Shown: positions 1 to 8,561, counted from the first letter of the stretch. The stretch is 64,000 bases of DNA from a virus (IMGVR_UViG_3300023174_000047:1-64000), one strand, 5' to 3'. Program-made: numbers and translations. Notes: generated by a model from the sequence alone, not told the origin.

Positions 1-4
1 CAAG

Positions 5-265
5 ATGCATAGAGAAGATGGACCCGCTGTTGAGTATGCTAATGGAGATAAATATTGGTATTTGAATAGCAAAGCGCATAGAGAGGATGGCCCTGCCGTT
101 GAAAATGCAAATGGATATAAAGAATGGTGGTTACATAGCAACTGGTATGAAGATGTATTTGCCTGGGCTAGAGCATTAGTTAAATTAAAAGGCATCAATG
201 ATCCTTCTGAAGATCAAATTAATGATAAAGTGCAGCAAGTAACATCTTCAAGTATATTGGATTAA
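5..265 (+). CDS. HREDGPA-repeat protein, copy 1 (5' truncated by window edge)
   Basis: Two 23-aa repeats HREDGPAVE.ANG.K.W.L.. plus the shared C-terminus WYEDVFAWA..L.K.KGINDPSEDQINDKVQQVTS.SILD. Confidence 0.85.
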   Translation: MHREDGPAVEYANGDKYWYLNSKAHREDGPAVENANGYKEWWLHSNWYEDVFAWARALVKLKGINDPSEDQINDKVQQVTSSSILD

Positions 266-268
266 ATA
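263..268 (+). promoter_or_regulatory. T4-like late promoter core TAAATA upstream of repeat gene copy 2
   Basis: TAAATA 7 nt before ATG 276; same spacing as before portal, protease and gp15 genes. Confidence 0.55.
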
Positions 269-275
269 TACGCAT

Positions 276-713
276 ATGAATAAAGACAACAAAAACATCA
301 TGATGCTGTATGAAAATGCAATGCAGCAGCCAACCATGACTGTTGATGAAGGTGGCAATAAAAGATGGATGCTCAATGGCAAACGGCATAGAGAGGATGG
401 TCCTGCTGTTGAGCGTGCAGATGGTGATAAATATTGGTGGTTGCATGGCAAGATGCATAGAGAAGATGGACCTGCTGCAGAACATGCAAATGGATATAAA
501 TCATGGTATTTGCATGGCGAGATACATAGAGAAGATGGACCTGCCATTGAACGTGCAGATGGAAATAAAGAATGGTACTTGCATAGCAAATGGTATGAAG
601 ATGTATTTGCATGGGCCAAGGCATTACTTAAAATGAAAGGGATCAATGATCCTTCTGAAGATCAAATCAATGATAAAGTGCAGCAAGTGACTTCTGCAAG
701 TATATTGGATTAA
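276..713 (+). CDS. HREDGPA-repeat protein, copy 2 (3 repeats, N-terminal extension MNKDNKNIMMLYE)
   Basis: ORF track 145 aa; repeats visible; extension resembles the leader of 17295..17645 (MQHDNEKIFILYE). Confidence 0.9.
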   Translation: MNKDNKNIMMLYENAMQQPTMTVDEGGNKRWMLNGKRHREDGPAVERADGDKYWWLHGKMHREDGPAAEHANGYKSWYLHGEIHREDGPAIERADGNKEWYLHSKWYEDVFAWAKALLKMKGINDPSEDQINDKVQQVTSASILD

Positions 714-718
714 AATGC

Positions 719-747
719 TTGAACATCTGCAACATATACATTATATT
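719..747 (+). promoter_or_regulatory. sigma70-like promoter TTGAAC-N17-TATATT
   Basis: 719-724 and 742-747, ATG at 755; homologous copies at 1030-1058 and 1478-1506. Confidence 0.65.
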
Positions 748-754
748 AAAAACA

Positions 755-1024
755 ATGAACGAGAATACAATGCAGCAGCCAACTATGACTGTTGATAGAG
801 ACGGCACTAAAAGATGGAAGCTCAATGGCAAACGGCATAGAGAAGATGGTCCCGCTGTTGAGTTTACAGGTGGGTATAAAGCATGGTACTTGCATGGCAA
901 CTGGTATGAAGATGTATTTGAATGGGCTCGAGCATTACTTAAAATGAAAGGCATCAATGATCCGTCTGAAGATGAGGTTAACGATAAAGTACAGCAAGCA
1001 ACATCTGCAAGTATATTGGATTAA
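755..1024 (+). CDS. HREDGPA-repeat protein, copy 3 (1 repeat)
   Basis: ATG 755 (MNENTMQQPTMTV) matches paralogue starts; ORF track used TTG 719. Confidence 0.85.
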   Translation: MNENTMQQPTMTVDRDGTKRWKLNGKRHREDGPAVEFTGGYKAWYLHGNWYEDVFEWARALLKMKGINDPSEDEVNDKVQQATSASILD

Positions 1025-1029
1025 AATGC

Positions 1030-1058
1030 TTGGATATCTGTAATAAAGACATTATATT
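1030..1058 (+). promoter_or_regulatory. sigma70-like promoter TTGGAT-N17-TATATT
   Basis: Homologous to 719-747; ATG 6 nt downstream. Confidence 0.55.
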
Positions 1059-1064
1059 AAAGCA

Positions 1065-1472
1065 ATGAATAATAATACAATGCAGCAGCCAACTATGACT
1101 GTTGATAGATATGGCAATAAAAGGTGGAGGCTCAATGGCAAATTGCATAGAGAAGATGGTCCTGCTGTTGAGCGTGCAAATGGATATAAATCATGGTGGT
1201 TGCATGGCGAGTGTCATAGAGAAGATGGTCCAGCCGTTGAAAATGCAAATGGAGATAAATATTGGTATTTGCATGGCAAGATGCATAGAGAAGATGGACC
1301 CGCCATTGAAAATGCAAATGGATATAAAGAATGGTACTTGCATGGCAACTGGTATGAAGATGTATTTGAATGGGCTGAAGCATTACTTAAAATGAAAGGC
1401 ATCAATGATCCTTCTGAAGATGAGGTTAATGATAAAGTGCAGCAAGTAACTTCTGCAAGTATATTGGATTAA
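1065..1472 (+). CDS. HREDGPA-repeat protein, copy 4 (3 repeats)
   Basis: ORF track 135 aa, same N- and C-terminal caps as paralogues. Confidence 0.9.
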   Translation: MNNNTMQQPTMTVDRYGNKRWRLNGKLHREDGPAVERANGYKSWWLHGECHREDGPAVENANGDKYWYLHGKMHREDGPAIENANGYKEWYLHGNWYEDVFEWAEALLKMKGINDPSEDEVNDKVQQVTSASILD

Positions 1473-1477
1473 AATAC

Positions 1478-1506
1478 TTGAACATCTACAGTAAAGACAT
1501 TATATT
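1478..1506 (+). promoter_or_regulatory. sigma70-like promoter TTGAAC-N17-TATATT
   Basis: Homologous to 719-747; ATG at 1514. Confidence 0.6.
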
Positions 1507-1513
1507 GAAAGTA

Positions 1514-3193
1514 ATGAATAAAAATGCAATGCAGCAACCAACTTTAGCTGTTGATAAGTATAGCACTAAAAGGTGGTTGATCAATGGCAAATTGCATAGA
1601 GAAGATGGTCCCGCCGTTGAGTATGCAAATGGATATAAAGAATGGTGGTTGCATGGAGGGTTGCATAGAAAAGATGGTCCTGCCGTTGAAAATGCAAATG
1701 GAGATAAATTTTGGTATTTGAATGGCAAGGCTCATAGAGAGGATGGTCCTGCTGCTGAGTATGCTAATGGATATAAAGCATGGTATTTGCATGGCGAGTG
1801 TCATAGAGAAGATGGACCCGCTGTTGAGTATACAGATGGATATAAAGCATGGTGGTTGCATGACATGCTGCATAGAGAAGATGGACCTGCCATTGAACGT
1901 GCAGATGGAAATAAAGAATGGTACTTGCATGGCAACCAATATGAAAATGCATATGATTGGACCAAAGCATTACTCAAATTAAAAGCAATGAATGAAAATA
2001 CAATGCAGCAGCCAACTATGATTGTTGATAGTTATGGCCATAAAATATGGAAACTCAATGGCAAATATCATAGAGAAGATGGTCCTGCCATTGAATATGC
2101 AAATGGATATAAATATTGGTACTTGCATGGCATGCGGCATAGAGAAGACGGACCTGCTTATGAATCTCCTAATGGATATAAAGCATGGTATTTGAATGAC
2201 ATGCGGCATAGAGAAGATGGTCCCGCTGTTGAGTATACAGACGGATATAAAGCATGGTATTTGAATGACAACCAATATGAAAATGCATTTGAATGGAACA
2301 AGGCATTACTCAAATTAAAAGCAATGAATGAAAATACAATGCAGCAGCCAACTATGATTGTTGATGAAGGTGGCACTAAAAGATGGAAGCTCAATGGCAA
2401 ATTGCATAGAGAAGATGGACCTGCCATTGAACGTGCAGATGGAAATAAAGAATGGTATTTGCATGGAGAGTTGCATAGAAAAGATGGTCCTGCCGTTGAA
2501 TATGCTAATGGAACTAAAGAATGGTGGTTGCATGGTGAGTGTCATAGAGAAGATGGTCCTGCCGTTGAATATGCAAATGGAGATAAAGAATGGTGGTTGC
2601 ATGACATGCGGCATAGAGAAGATGGTCCTGCCATTGAACGTGCAGATGGAAATAAAGAATGGTTTTTGAATGACAAACAATATGAAAATGCATTTGAATG
2701 GAACAAGGCATTACTCAAATTAAAAGGCATCAATGATGCTTCTGAAAATGAGATCAATGATGCTTCTGAAAATGAGATCAATGATAAAGACGATGCTGTA
2801 AAAGAAACAATTGCACAACAGTTGAAGATCACAGAGTTTCCTTTTGTCATAAAGGACAAGAACAACAATCAAATATACTTTGAGAACTCAAAAGGGTATT
2901 GGCTCAAAAGAGAGTATGATGAAAAGGGCAATGAAATCCACTTTGAGAGCTCAAGTGGATTCTGGACAAAGAGTGAGTATGATGAAAAAGGCAATTTAAC
3001 ATACTTTGAGAACTCAAGTGAATACTGGATAAAAAATGAGTATGATGATAAAGGTAATATAGTTTACCATGAAAACTCATATAAAAATTCAACAAGCATC
3101 GTTGATAGACGCCCAGTCATCATTGAAATGACGTTCAAAGAAATTGCAGATAAACTCGGAATAGATGCAAAAAATCTCCGCATTAAAGAATAA
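1514..3193 (+). CDS. HREDGPA-repeat protein, copy 5: three fused repeat blocks (5+3+4 repeats) plus a C-terminal YFENS.G.W.K.EYD..GN repeat domain
   Basis: Blocks joined by KALLKLKAMNENTMQQPTMIVD; ends IEMTFKEIADKLGIDAKNLRIKE. Confidence 0.9.
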   Translation: MNKNAMQQPTLAVDKYSTKRWLINGKLHREDGPAVEYANGYKEWWLHGGLHRKDGPAVENANGDKFWYLNGKAHREDGPAAEYANGYKAWYLHGECHREDGPAVEYTDGYKAWWLHDMLHREDGPAIERADGNKEWYLHGNQYENAYDWTKALLKLKAMNENTMQQPTMIVDSYGHKIWKLNGKYHREDGPAIEYANGYKYWYLHGMRHREDGPAYESPNGYKAWYLNDMRHREDGPAVEYTDGYKAWYLNDNQYENAFEWNKALLKLKAMNENTMQQPTMIVDEGGTKRWKLNGKLHREDGPAIERADGNKEWYLHGELHRKDGPAVEYANGTKEWWLHGECHREDGPAVEYANGDKEWWLHDMRHREDGPAIERADGNKEWFLNDKQYENAFEWNKALLKLKGINDASENEINDASENEINDKDDAVKETIAQQLKITEFPFVIKDKNNNQIYFENSKGYWLKREYDEKGNEIHFESSSGFWTKSEYDEKGNLTYFENSSEYWIKNEYDDKGNIVYHENSYKNSTSIVDRRPVIIEMTFKEIADKLGIDAKNLRIKE

Positions 3194-3388
3194 AATAAAT
3201 AACAAAGTGCAGCAAAATTGTGCATATGCACTAAATTCTGTAACAAAATATATACTAATAAGATGTTTTACAATGTTTTACAATTGTACAGATTGCCAAT
3301 GACTGATACAAGATTTAATGTGTTGAACATGGAAATGTGGAAATATCGAAAGAACCGGGGAGAAATGGGCGCAAATGAAAGCACAAAG

Positions 3389-3585
3389 GGGTGTAGAGGT
3401 GTTGAGAGGTGTTGAGAGGTGTTGAGAGGTGTTGAGGGGTGTTGAGAGGTGTTGAGAGGTGTTGTACATAAAAGAGAGGTGTTGAGGGGTGTTGAGAGGT
3501 GTTGAGAGGTGTTGTACATAAAAGAGAGGTGTTGTACATAAAAGAGAGGTGTTGAGAGGTGTGATGAGGTGTTGTACATAAAAGT
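3389..3585. repeat. Two-unit minisatellite: GAGGTGTTGA (about 15+ copies) interrupted four times by GTTGTACATAAAAG
   Basis: Directly visible tandem repeat; no credible ORF. Confidence 0.95.
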
Positions 3586-3605
3586 GTTAGCGCACTCCCT
3601 ACTCA

Positions 3606-3653
3606 CCCCATGCTGCATGATGCACCCCATGCTGCATGATGCACCCTATGCTG
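3606..3653. repeat. 19-bp tandem repeat CCCCATGCTGCATGATGCA x2.5
   Basis: Copies start at 3606, 3625 and (partial) 3644. Confidence 0.85.
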
Positions 3654-3920
3654 CCGTTGCATATAGTCCGCACCTCAAACCACACCGCACATGTTTGCAT
3701 CAGTTCCACATGAACGCCACATCCCCTTGTTATCATGAGAACATCGCGAGTAGATGTTCCCCATGTGGAGCTGAGAACACCGCATGCAGATGCTGAGCTC
3801 ACTTGCTCAATGCACCCCCGTGCAGTCCATGCAAAGGCCTCAGGCCAAGAGACAAACAGATGGTGTACAGAAATTTCAATTTTATAGTGGATCATCTGCA
3901 AAGAGCATTTATATTAACAC

Positions 3921-4145
3921 ATGACAAAAAACAAACGACTCAAGATCAATCGTGAATGGTATAGCAACAAGAATGTGCGGCCCAAGCTGTTCAATGTCAC
4001 AATGGCACGTGACTCCAATGGCACATACCGCATTGTGGAGGGGGTGGTGGAAGCTGTAGTTAATCAGCACGAGTCGCGCATTCAAACTGTGGATGCTCGC
4101 GACCTGGCTCACGACCTCAAGCGCGGCAGGGTGTTTGCGCTATAA
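3921..4145 (+). CDS. hypothetical protein (74 aa)
   Basis: ORF with normal composition, followed by a terminator. Confidence 0.7.
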   Translation: MTKNKRLKINREWYSNKNVRPKLFNVTMARDSNGTYRIVEGVVEAVVNQHESRIQTVDARDLAHDLKRGRVFAL

Positions 4146-4182
4146 TGCAATGCAAGTAGTGGGTTAGCTAGAAAGGCAGCAG

Positions 4183-4228
4183 GAGCGGAACTGTGTGGCA
4201 CAATGCTGCATAGTTCCGCTCTCTTTTT
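4183..4228 (+). terminator. Rho-independent terminator
   Basis: GAGCGGAACT...AGTTCCGCTC stem (extends inward with G-U pairs) followed by TCTTTTT. Confidence 0.75.
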
Positions 4229-4237
4229 ATTATATAC

Positions 4238-4266
4238 ATTATAGCATCTATATTATGGCATGTCAA
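4238..4266 (-). promoter_or_regulatory. Perfect consensus sigma70 promoter, leftward (TTGACA-N17-TATAAT)
   Basis: Plus-strand TGTCAA 4261-4266 and ATTATA 4238-4243. Confidence 0.75.
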
Positions 4267-4394
4267 CTGTATAATTATAATACTTAAAAAAGATCAGGTT
4301 CACTTAGAATTTTTTCGCTGCTCTGCTTATGCACTATTTGTGTGGAACTATGCAGCATTGTGCAGCATTGTGCAGCACTCTTTTTATTATATAC

Positions 4395-4423
4395 ATTATA
4401 GCATCTATATTATGGCGTGTCAA
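4395..4423 (-). promoter_or_regulatory. Second perfect consensus sigma70 promoter, leftward
   Basis: Plus-strand TGTCAA 4418-4423 and ATTATA 4395-4400. Confidence 0.75.
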
Positions 4424-4749
4424 CTGTATAATTATAATACTTAAAAAAGATCAGGTTCACTTAGAATTTTTTCGCTGCTCTGCTTATGCACTATTTGTGC
4501 GGCATTGTTGAATACCTTTATTATACCCCTGATGCAGCATTGTGCAACATTAAAGGGGTAATCATTGAAATTTAAAGATGCATGCATCAGTGTTGCACGG
4601 TTCCTTTTGCGCACAACACCTGCGCGGTTCCCAATGGGTGGGTAGATAGACTGACAGACAGGTGGTGTTGTCCTTTATAACACCTGCAATGGAACCAAAT
4701 GCATGCACTTTTTAGTTGATTGTCACCAGAATGCATGTATAATGAATGC

Positions 4750-4950
4750 ATGGTTATACAAAATATTGATGTACCGAACAAGACAGTTACAGTTGTTTAT
4801 GGCAATGCCACACGGGTGGTTAGTTTCAATGAAAATGGTGATGTGAATGTGGAACCTTTTGATGACCTCACTGAAAACGAGGGCATGGAATTGTTCAACA
4901 AGATCCTCAATAGTGAGGCAATCAATGAAGCATTTCCGTTTGATGAATAA
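4750..4950 (+). CDS. hypothetical protein (acidic, about 66 aa)
   Basis: ORF track 4720..4950; ATG at 4750 chosen. Confidence 0.6.
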   Translation: MVIQNIDVPNKTVTVVYGNATRVVSFNENGDVNVEPFDDLTENEGMELFNKILNSEAINEAFPFDE

Positions 4951-5033
4951 ATGACTTGCGTCAAGCCTCAACTATGATGGGGCTTGACGCATTACATTAT
5001 GATGCAATCAAGATAGATATCCGATGTATTAAT

Positions 5034-5291
5034 ATGAGTCACCCAAAAATTGAAAATGCACTAAAGCGGTTTGGATATGAACGATTTCGGAAAAAGGCTG
5101 AAACACAGCTCCGGCGCCATCCAAAGTGTCGAATCGTATTAGGACTGCTTAATGGTCCTTGCACTGGCAGATATGGATTTTCCCATACTGCTGGTAAAAA
5201 TTACCCCCGTGTAGCCGTAAGATACGAACGCGACATCGGCATAACAGACATCAGAAAACACTCAGGCCCCTACTTATATGTGAGCATCTAA
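5034..5291 (+). CDS. hypothetical basic protein (85 aa)
   Basis: ATG 5034 within the track ORF; followed by a terminator. Confidence 0.65.
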   Translation: MSHPKIENALKRFGYERFRKKAETQLRRHPKCRIVLGLLNGPCTGRYGFSHTAGKNYPRVAVRYERDIGITDIRKHSGPYLYVSI

Positions 5292-5316
5292 CTCAACACC
5301 AACAAAAAAAGCATAC

Positions 5317-5349
5317 AAAAGAGCATCATTAACTTGATGCTCTTTTTTT
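5317..5349 (+). terminator. Rho-independent terminator
   Basis: AAAAGAGCATCA-TTAACT-TGATGCTCTTTT plus further T. Confidence 0.8.
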
Positions 5350-5411
5350 GTGTCTGTAGCAGGAACCAAATGCCCTTGCATTTGGTGCACCACATTATAC
5401 ATTACTATGAA

Positions 5412-6359
5412 ATGATATCTGCTACAATAATCAAAGACTCAATTAGTCCAACAAACAAACGCATCACCACATTTGAACTGGAATACCCTCGATTCATTCA
5501 CAGTGAATTAATGACTCATCGCGTGTTCTCACGCAATGCAGCCAGTTCCAGAGCCATTCCAATTGAAGCAATGATCCAACAGGTCCTTGATGATCCTGCA
5601 ATGCCTGTGTGGTGGGGCAAGAATCAATCAGGCATGCAAGCCAAAGAGGAAATATCTGATGAACAAACAGAAGATAGACGCTGGGCCACGGTGCACCATG
5701 AGCCAAATGAACATTGGGAAATGGCTGGTGAATGGACGGCACACACAGGAAATTTGACTTTCTGTAAAAAGATTTGGTTAGCAGCACGTGACTCATCAGT
5801 ATCTTATGCTAGGCAATTGGCTATTGCAGGGCTACACAAACAAATTGTCAATCGAATTCTGGAACCATGGGCGCACATCAAGGTGGTTGTGACATCCACT
5901 GAATGGGACAATTGGTATAGTTTGAGAAATCACCCTGATGCACAGCCAGAGATTCACAAATTGGCAAGTGATATGTTGTTGATTCACAATGAGTCTGTTC
6001 CACAAAAATTGTCATATGGCACATGGCATCTGCCATATATAAATGGTGATGAAGGATACAGCACACAAGATGCAATCAAAGTATCAGCATCTTTGTGTGC
6101 TCAAGTTTCATACAGGAAATCTGATGATTCACTACACAAGGCAATGAAGATATTTGACCGTCTCATTGAATCAAAGCCTCCACATGCCTCTCCAATGGAA
6201 CACCAAGCAACACCAATGTACAGCCGTGAAAGCAGTTCCGGCAATTTCAAAGGATGGCTGCAATACAGGCAAACAATCAAAGACAATGCATGCTCTCATT
6301 ATCCGGAGTTCCATTCACATGATGCACCTGCATTTGATGCAACAAAAGCACATATTTAA
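5412..6359 (+). CDS. thyX: FAD-dependent thymidylate synthase ThyX
   Basis: SELMTHRVFSRNAASSRAIP (ThyX RHRxxSxxxxSxR-like motif), NRILEPW, HASPMEHQATP. Confidence 0.92.
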   Translation: MISATIIKDSISPTNKRITTFELEYPRFIHSELMTHRVFSRNAASSRAIPIEAMIQQVLDDPAMPVWWGKNQSGMQAKEEISDEQTEDRRWATVHHEPNEHWEMAGEWTAHTGNLTFCKKIWLAARDSSVSYARQLAIAGLHKQIVNRILEPWAHIKVVVTSTEWDNWYSLRNHPDAQPEIHKLASDMLLIHNESVPQKLSYGTWHLPYINGDEGYSTQDAIKVSASLCAQVSYRKSDDSLHKAMKIFDRLIESKPPHASPMEHQATPMYSRESSSGNFKGWLQYRQTIKDNACSHYPEFHSHDAPAFDATKAHI

Positions 6360-6434
6360 GTTGCATCATCTCAAAAAGCATCCATAATGATCACGTGCTC
6401 ATTGCACCAACAAACCAACCGACAAACTAAACAT

Positions 6435-6974
6435 ATGAAAGAACAAAACACCAAGTTCACCGCCGCCATGACATTCAACTCTGACAAAGTCGTCATTCAA
6501 GAATGGCGTGACCGCTGCGACCTGGGGGAAAAGGAAATGATGCGTGTGTTGCTGCGCTTTGCTGCATGCAATGCCGAAGCAGTTATCAATGAAGCTCAGG
6601 CTTACAAAGATGAACTGCACGCAGAAGTTGCTGCCATCAAGGCAGCAGCACTTGCTGAGAAGTTGTTGCTCAAGCAGGTAGCCAAGTTGGAACGTGAAGC
6701 AAAGCGCCTGAACAACAAGACTGCTGAAACGGCAGTTGCAGATGAACAGGCACCTGCACCAGTTGCAGATGAGCAATTGGTGATAGTTGGAGATGAGCAA
6801 TTGGCAACAGTTGAAGATGCAACAGAAGATGCAGTTGAAGATGCAACAGAAGATGCAACAGAAGATGCAACAGAAGATGCAACGGAAGATGCAACGGAAG
6901 ATGCAACGGAAGATGCAACGGAAGACGTTGTATATACTGCAGAAGATGGTGCAGCAGAAGAAGTTGTGCAGTAA
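6435..6974 (+). CDS. hypothetical protein with coiled coil and acidic EDAT-repeat tail
   Basis: 12-bp tandem repeat GAAGATGCAAC(A/G) about 6812-6925. Confidence 0.8.
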   Translation: MKEQNTKFTAAMTFNSDKVVIQEWRDRCDLGEKEMMRVLLRFAACNAEAVINEAQAYKDELHAEVAAIKAAALAEKLLLKQVAKLEREAKRLNNKTAETAVADEQAPAPVADEQLVIVGDEQLATVEDATEDAVEDATEDATEDATEDATEDATEDATEDATEDVVYTAEDGAAEEVVQ

Positions 6975-6996
6975 GTTACATGCATCAGTCAGCATT

Positions 6997-7025
6997 AAGC
7001 TCCAAGGTTGCCCTTGGAGCTTTTT
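6997..7025 (+). terminator. Rho-independent terminator
   Basis: AAGCTCCAAGG-TTGC-CCTTGGAGCTT + TTT. Confidence 0.85.
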
Positions 7026-7029
7026 GTTG

Positions 7030-7058
7030 TTGCACATGCATGCATTAGAGTGTATAAT
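7030..7058 (+). promoter_or_regulatory. early promoter TTGCAC-N17-TATAAT
   Basis: ATG 7 nt downstream; TTGCAC -35 shared with 8286, 9305 and 9575. Confidence 0.75.
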
Positions 7059-7065
7059 GTAACAT

Positions 7066-7536
7066 ATGGCAATTCTAAAGACAGCTTCAGTCACTGAAGC
7101 AAAACATGCACTGGAGGTGGGGAGCTTTGTTTACAACTGCCCGTGCAGCACATGTGGAAAAGAGTGCTCAACCCCCACCAAAGACATTTGGCTGCGCCGC
7201 ATTCGCGAGTTTGGCACCATTGAGCAAATGTATGCAGAGTATGTGTGCCGCAACTGCCGCAAAGCCAAAGTGGAACCTTTGCGTAGTGCTGCACCTGATC
7301 CAGTGCGAATGCAAGCACCAGATGCAATGCGAATGCAGACACCTGATCCATTGCATCATCAATGCGTTTCCAAACCAGTGCTGCATGCACCACCTGTGCA
7401 GAAGCAACAACCCATGCCAGGTGATGCAGTCAAAGGCCCACCAGGGAGCATTGGAATCTCCACATGGGAAACAAATGCAGCAGGTGCATTGGTGTATAGT
7501 GGCACTCAATGGCATGCAGTGTATAAAAAAGATTAA
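7066..7536 (+). CDS. hypothetical protein with Zn-binding Cys motifs
   Basis: CPCSTCGKEC...CRNC; Pro/Gln-rich C-terminal half. Confidence 0.75.
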   Translation: MAILKTASVTEAKHALEVGSFVYNCPCSTCGKECSTPTKDIWLRRIREFGTIEQMYAEYVCRNCRKAKVEPLRSAAPDPVRMQAPDAMRMQTPDPLHHQCVSKPVLHAPPVQKQQPMPGDAVKGPPGSIGISTWETNAAGALVYSGTQWHAVYKKD

Positions 7537-7573
7537 TTAGCAGTTGATTGTTGAATGAGAATGCATTATAGTA

Positions 7574-7978
7574 ATGACCATGAAAACTCTAGTATACAAC
7601 AATAGCAGCTCAATGCCCAACAAGTCCAGTCTGCTGTCTGTGCTGTCAGATGGCACCAAGTATGGCATTGCATCAAAGCAACTGGAACTATCAAAACCTA
7701 AGCTCCAGAACAAGAAGCGCAGCAAGGTGGACAAGGCATTGGCAGGTGCACTCAATCTGAAACGTGCACATCAAAAGCATGTGAGCCTCAGTCCTGTGCA
7801 GATGGATAAGCTCTGCTCCAGTGTACGGAAACTGCTGGTGACATCCTTCTTGGCTGGTGCAATTGCAGCAGGCCTTTGCTGCTGGGCAGTCAATGCCAGT
7901 GCACTGCATCGAGCATACATTAATGGGTACACCAGTGGCAAGGATAGCAAAGCCATCACCTACCTAGCTGACAAATGA
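7574..7978 (+). CDS. hypothetical protein, basic N-terminus and one predicted TM segment
   Basis: LLVTSFLAGAIAAGLCCWAV hydrophobic stretch. Confidence 0.7.
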   Translation: MTMKTLVYNNSSSMPNKSSLLSVLSDGTKYGIASKQLELSKPKLQNKKRSKVDKALAGALNLKRAHQKHVSLSPVQMDKLCSSVRKLLVTSFLAGAIAAGLCCWAVNASALHRAYINGYTSGKDSKAITYLADK

Positions 7979-8080
7979 ATGTTGATGACATCATCACCAA
8001 TTCATCAGCAACTCATGAGTTCAATATGCACACGTGAATCTCATCCCCTTGTAACCTCAGCATCCCCCCGCAACAACCAT

Positions 8081-8278
8081 ATGACCATCTCAATTGACCA
8101 ATTCACCAAAATGTGGAACAAGCACTGCCTTCAAGCATTTGGCTTGAGCAGCAATGACTCACAGCACATCATGAGCATCAATGACTTCTGGAGTCCCAGC
8201 ATGACTCTGCGACAGGCTAATGCTGCAATGAAAGACATGCATCAGTACATGCAAGAAGAATTGCACTTTGATATTTAA
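8081..8278 (+). CDS. hypothetical protein (65 aa)
   Basis: ATG 8081 within track ORF 7979..8278. Confidence 0.55.
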   Translation: MTISIDQFTKMWNKHCLQAFGLSSNDSQHIMSINDFWSPSMTLRQANAAMKDMHQYMQEELHFDI

Positions 8279-8285
8279 ATACATG

Positions 8286-8313
8286 TTGCACTTGAAAGGT
8301 TTTATATTATATT
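8286..8313 (+). promoter_or_regulatory. early promoter TTGCAC-N16-TATATT upstream of the tRNA pair
   Basis: Motif match, 50 nt before the tRNA. Confidence 0.55.
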
Positions 8314-8364
8314 AAAACATCGCACGATGCTTCAAGTGCATGATGCAATTTCAACGAAACAAAT

Positions 8365-8440
8365 GCTCCTATAGCTCAATGGTTAGAGCAGGGAACTCAT
8401 AATTCCTTGGCTGTCGGTTCAAATCCGGCTGGGAGCACCA
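8365..8440 (+). tRNA. tRNA anticodon CAT (Ile2/Met elongator type)
   Basis: Full cloverleaf, GGGAA-CTCATAA-TTCCT, TTCAAAT loop, encoded CCA. Confidence 0.92.
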
Positions 8441-8448
8441 TTTTTTTT

Positions 8449-8525
8449 GCTCCAGTAGCTCAGTGGAATAGAGCAACGAATTTCTAATTCGTGGGTCGCA
8501 GGTTCGAATCCTGCCTGGGGTACCA
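8449..8525 (+). tRNA. tRNA-Arg(TCT)
   Basis: ACGAA-TTTCTAA-TTCGT, GGTTCGAATCC, CCA. Confidence 0.93.
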
Positions 8526-8561
8526 CTTGTTACAATATTATCCTAATACATCAACATCAAC

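Larger units (their letters stand above)
4221..4499. repeat. 122-bp direct duplication (4221-4342 / 4378-4499, one mismatch)
   Basis: Direct comparison; 157-bp offset; A4260 vs G4417. Confidence 0.95.

Noticed and set aside
343-2868. Many alternative-frame and antisense ORFs in the ORF track (e.g. 343..636, 248..646, 1544..1939, 2358..2669)
   Set aside because: Shadows of the 69-nt repeat; no promoters or realistic composition
5-3193. Diversity-generating retroelement target
   Set aside because: Some variable codons are NNT-like, but there is no reverse transcriptase or template repeat in the window, and variation includes synonymous C/T changes and whole-cassette shuffling. Not excluded if an RT lies upstream of position 1
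3218-3901. ORFs over the minisatellite (3268..3630, 3315..3539, 3569..3796, 3599..3901)
   Set aside because: Low-complexity translations of repeats; no supporting start context
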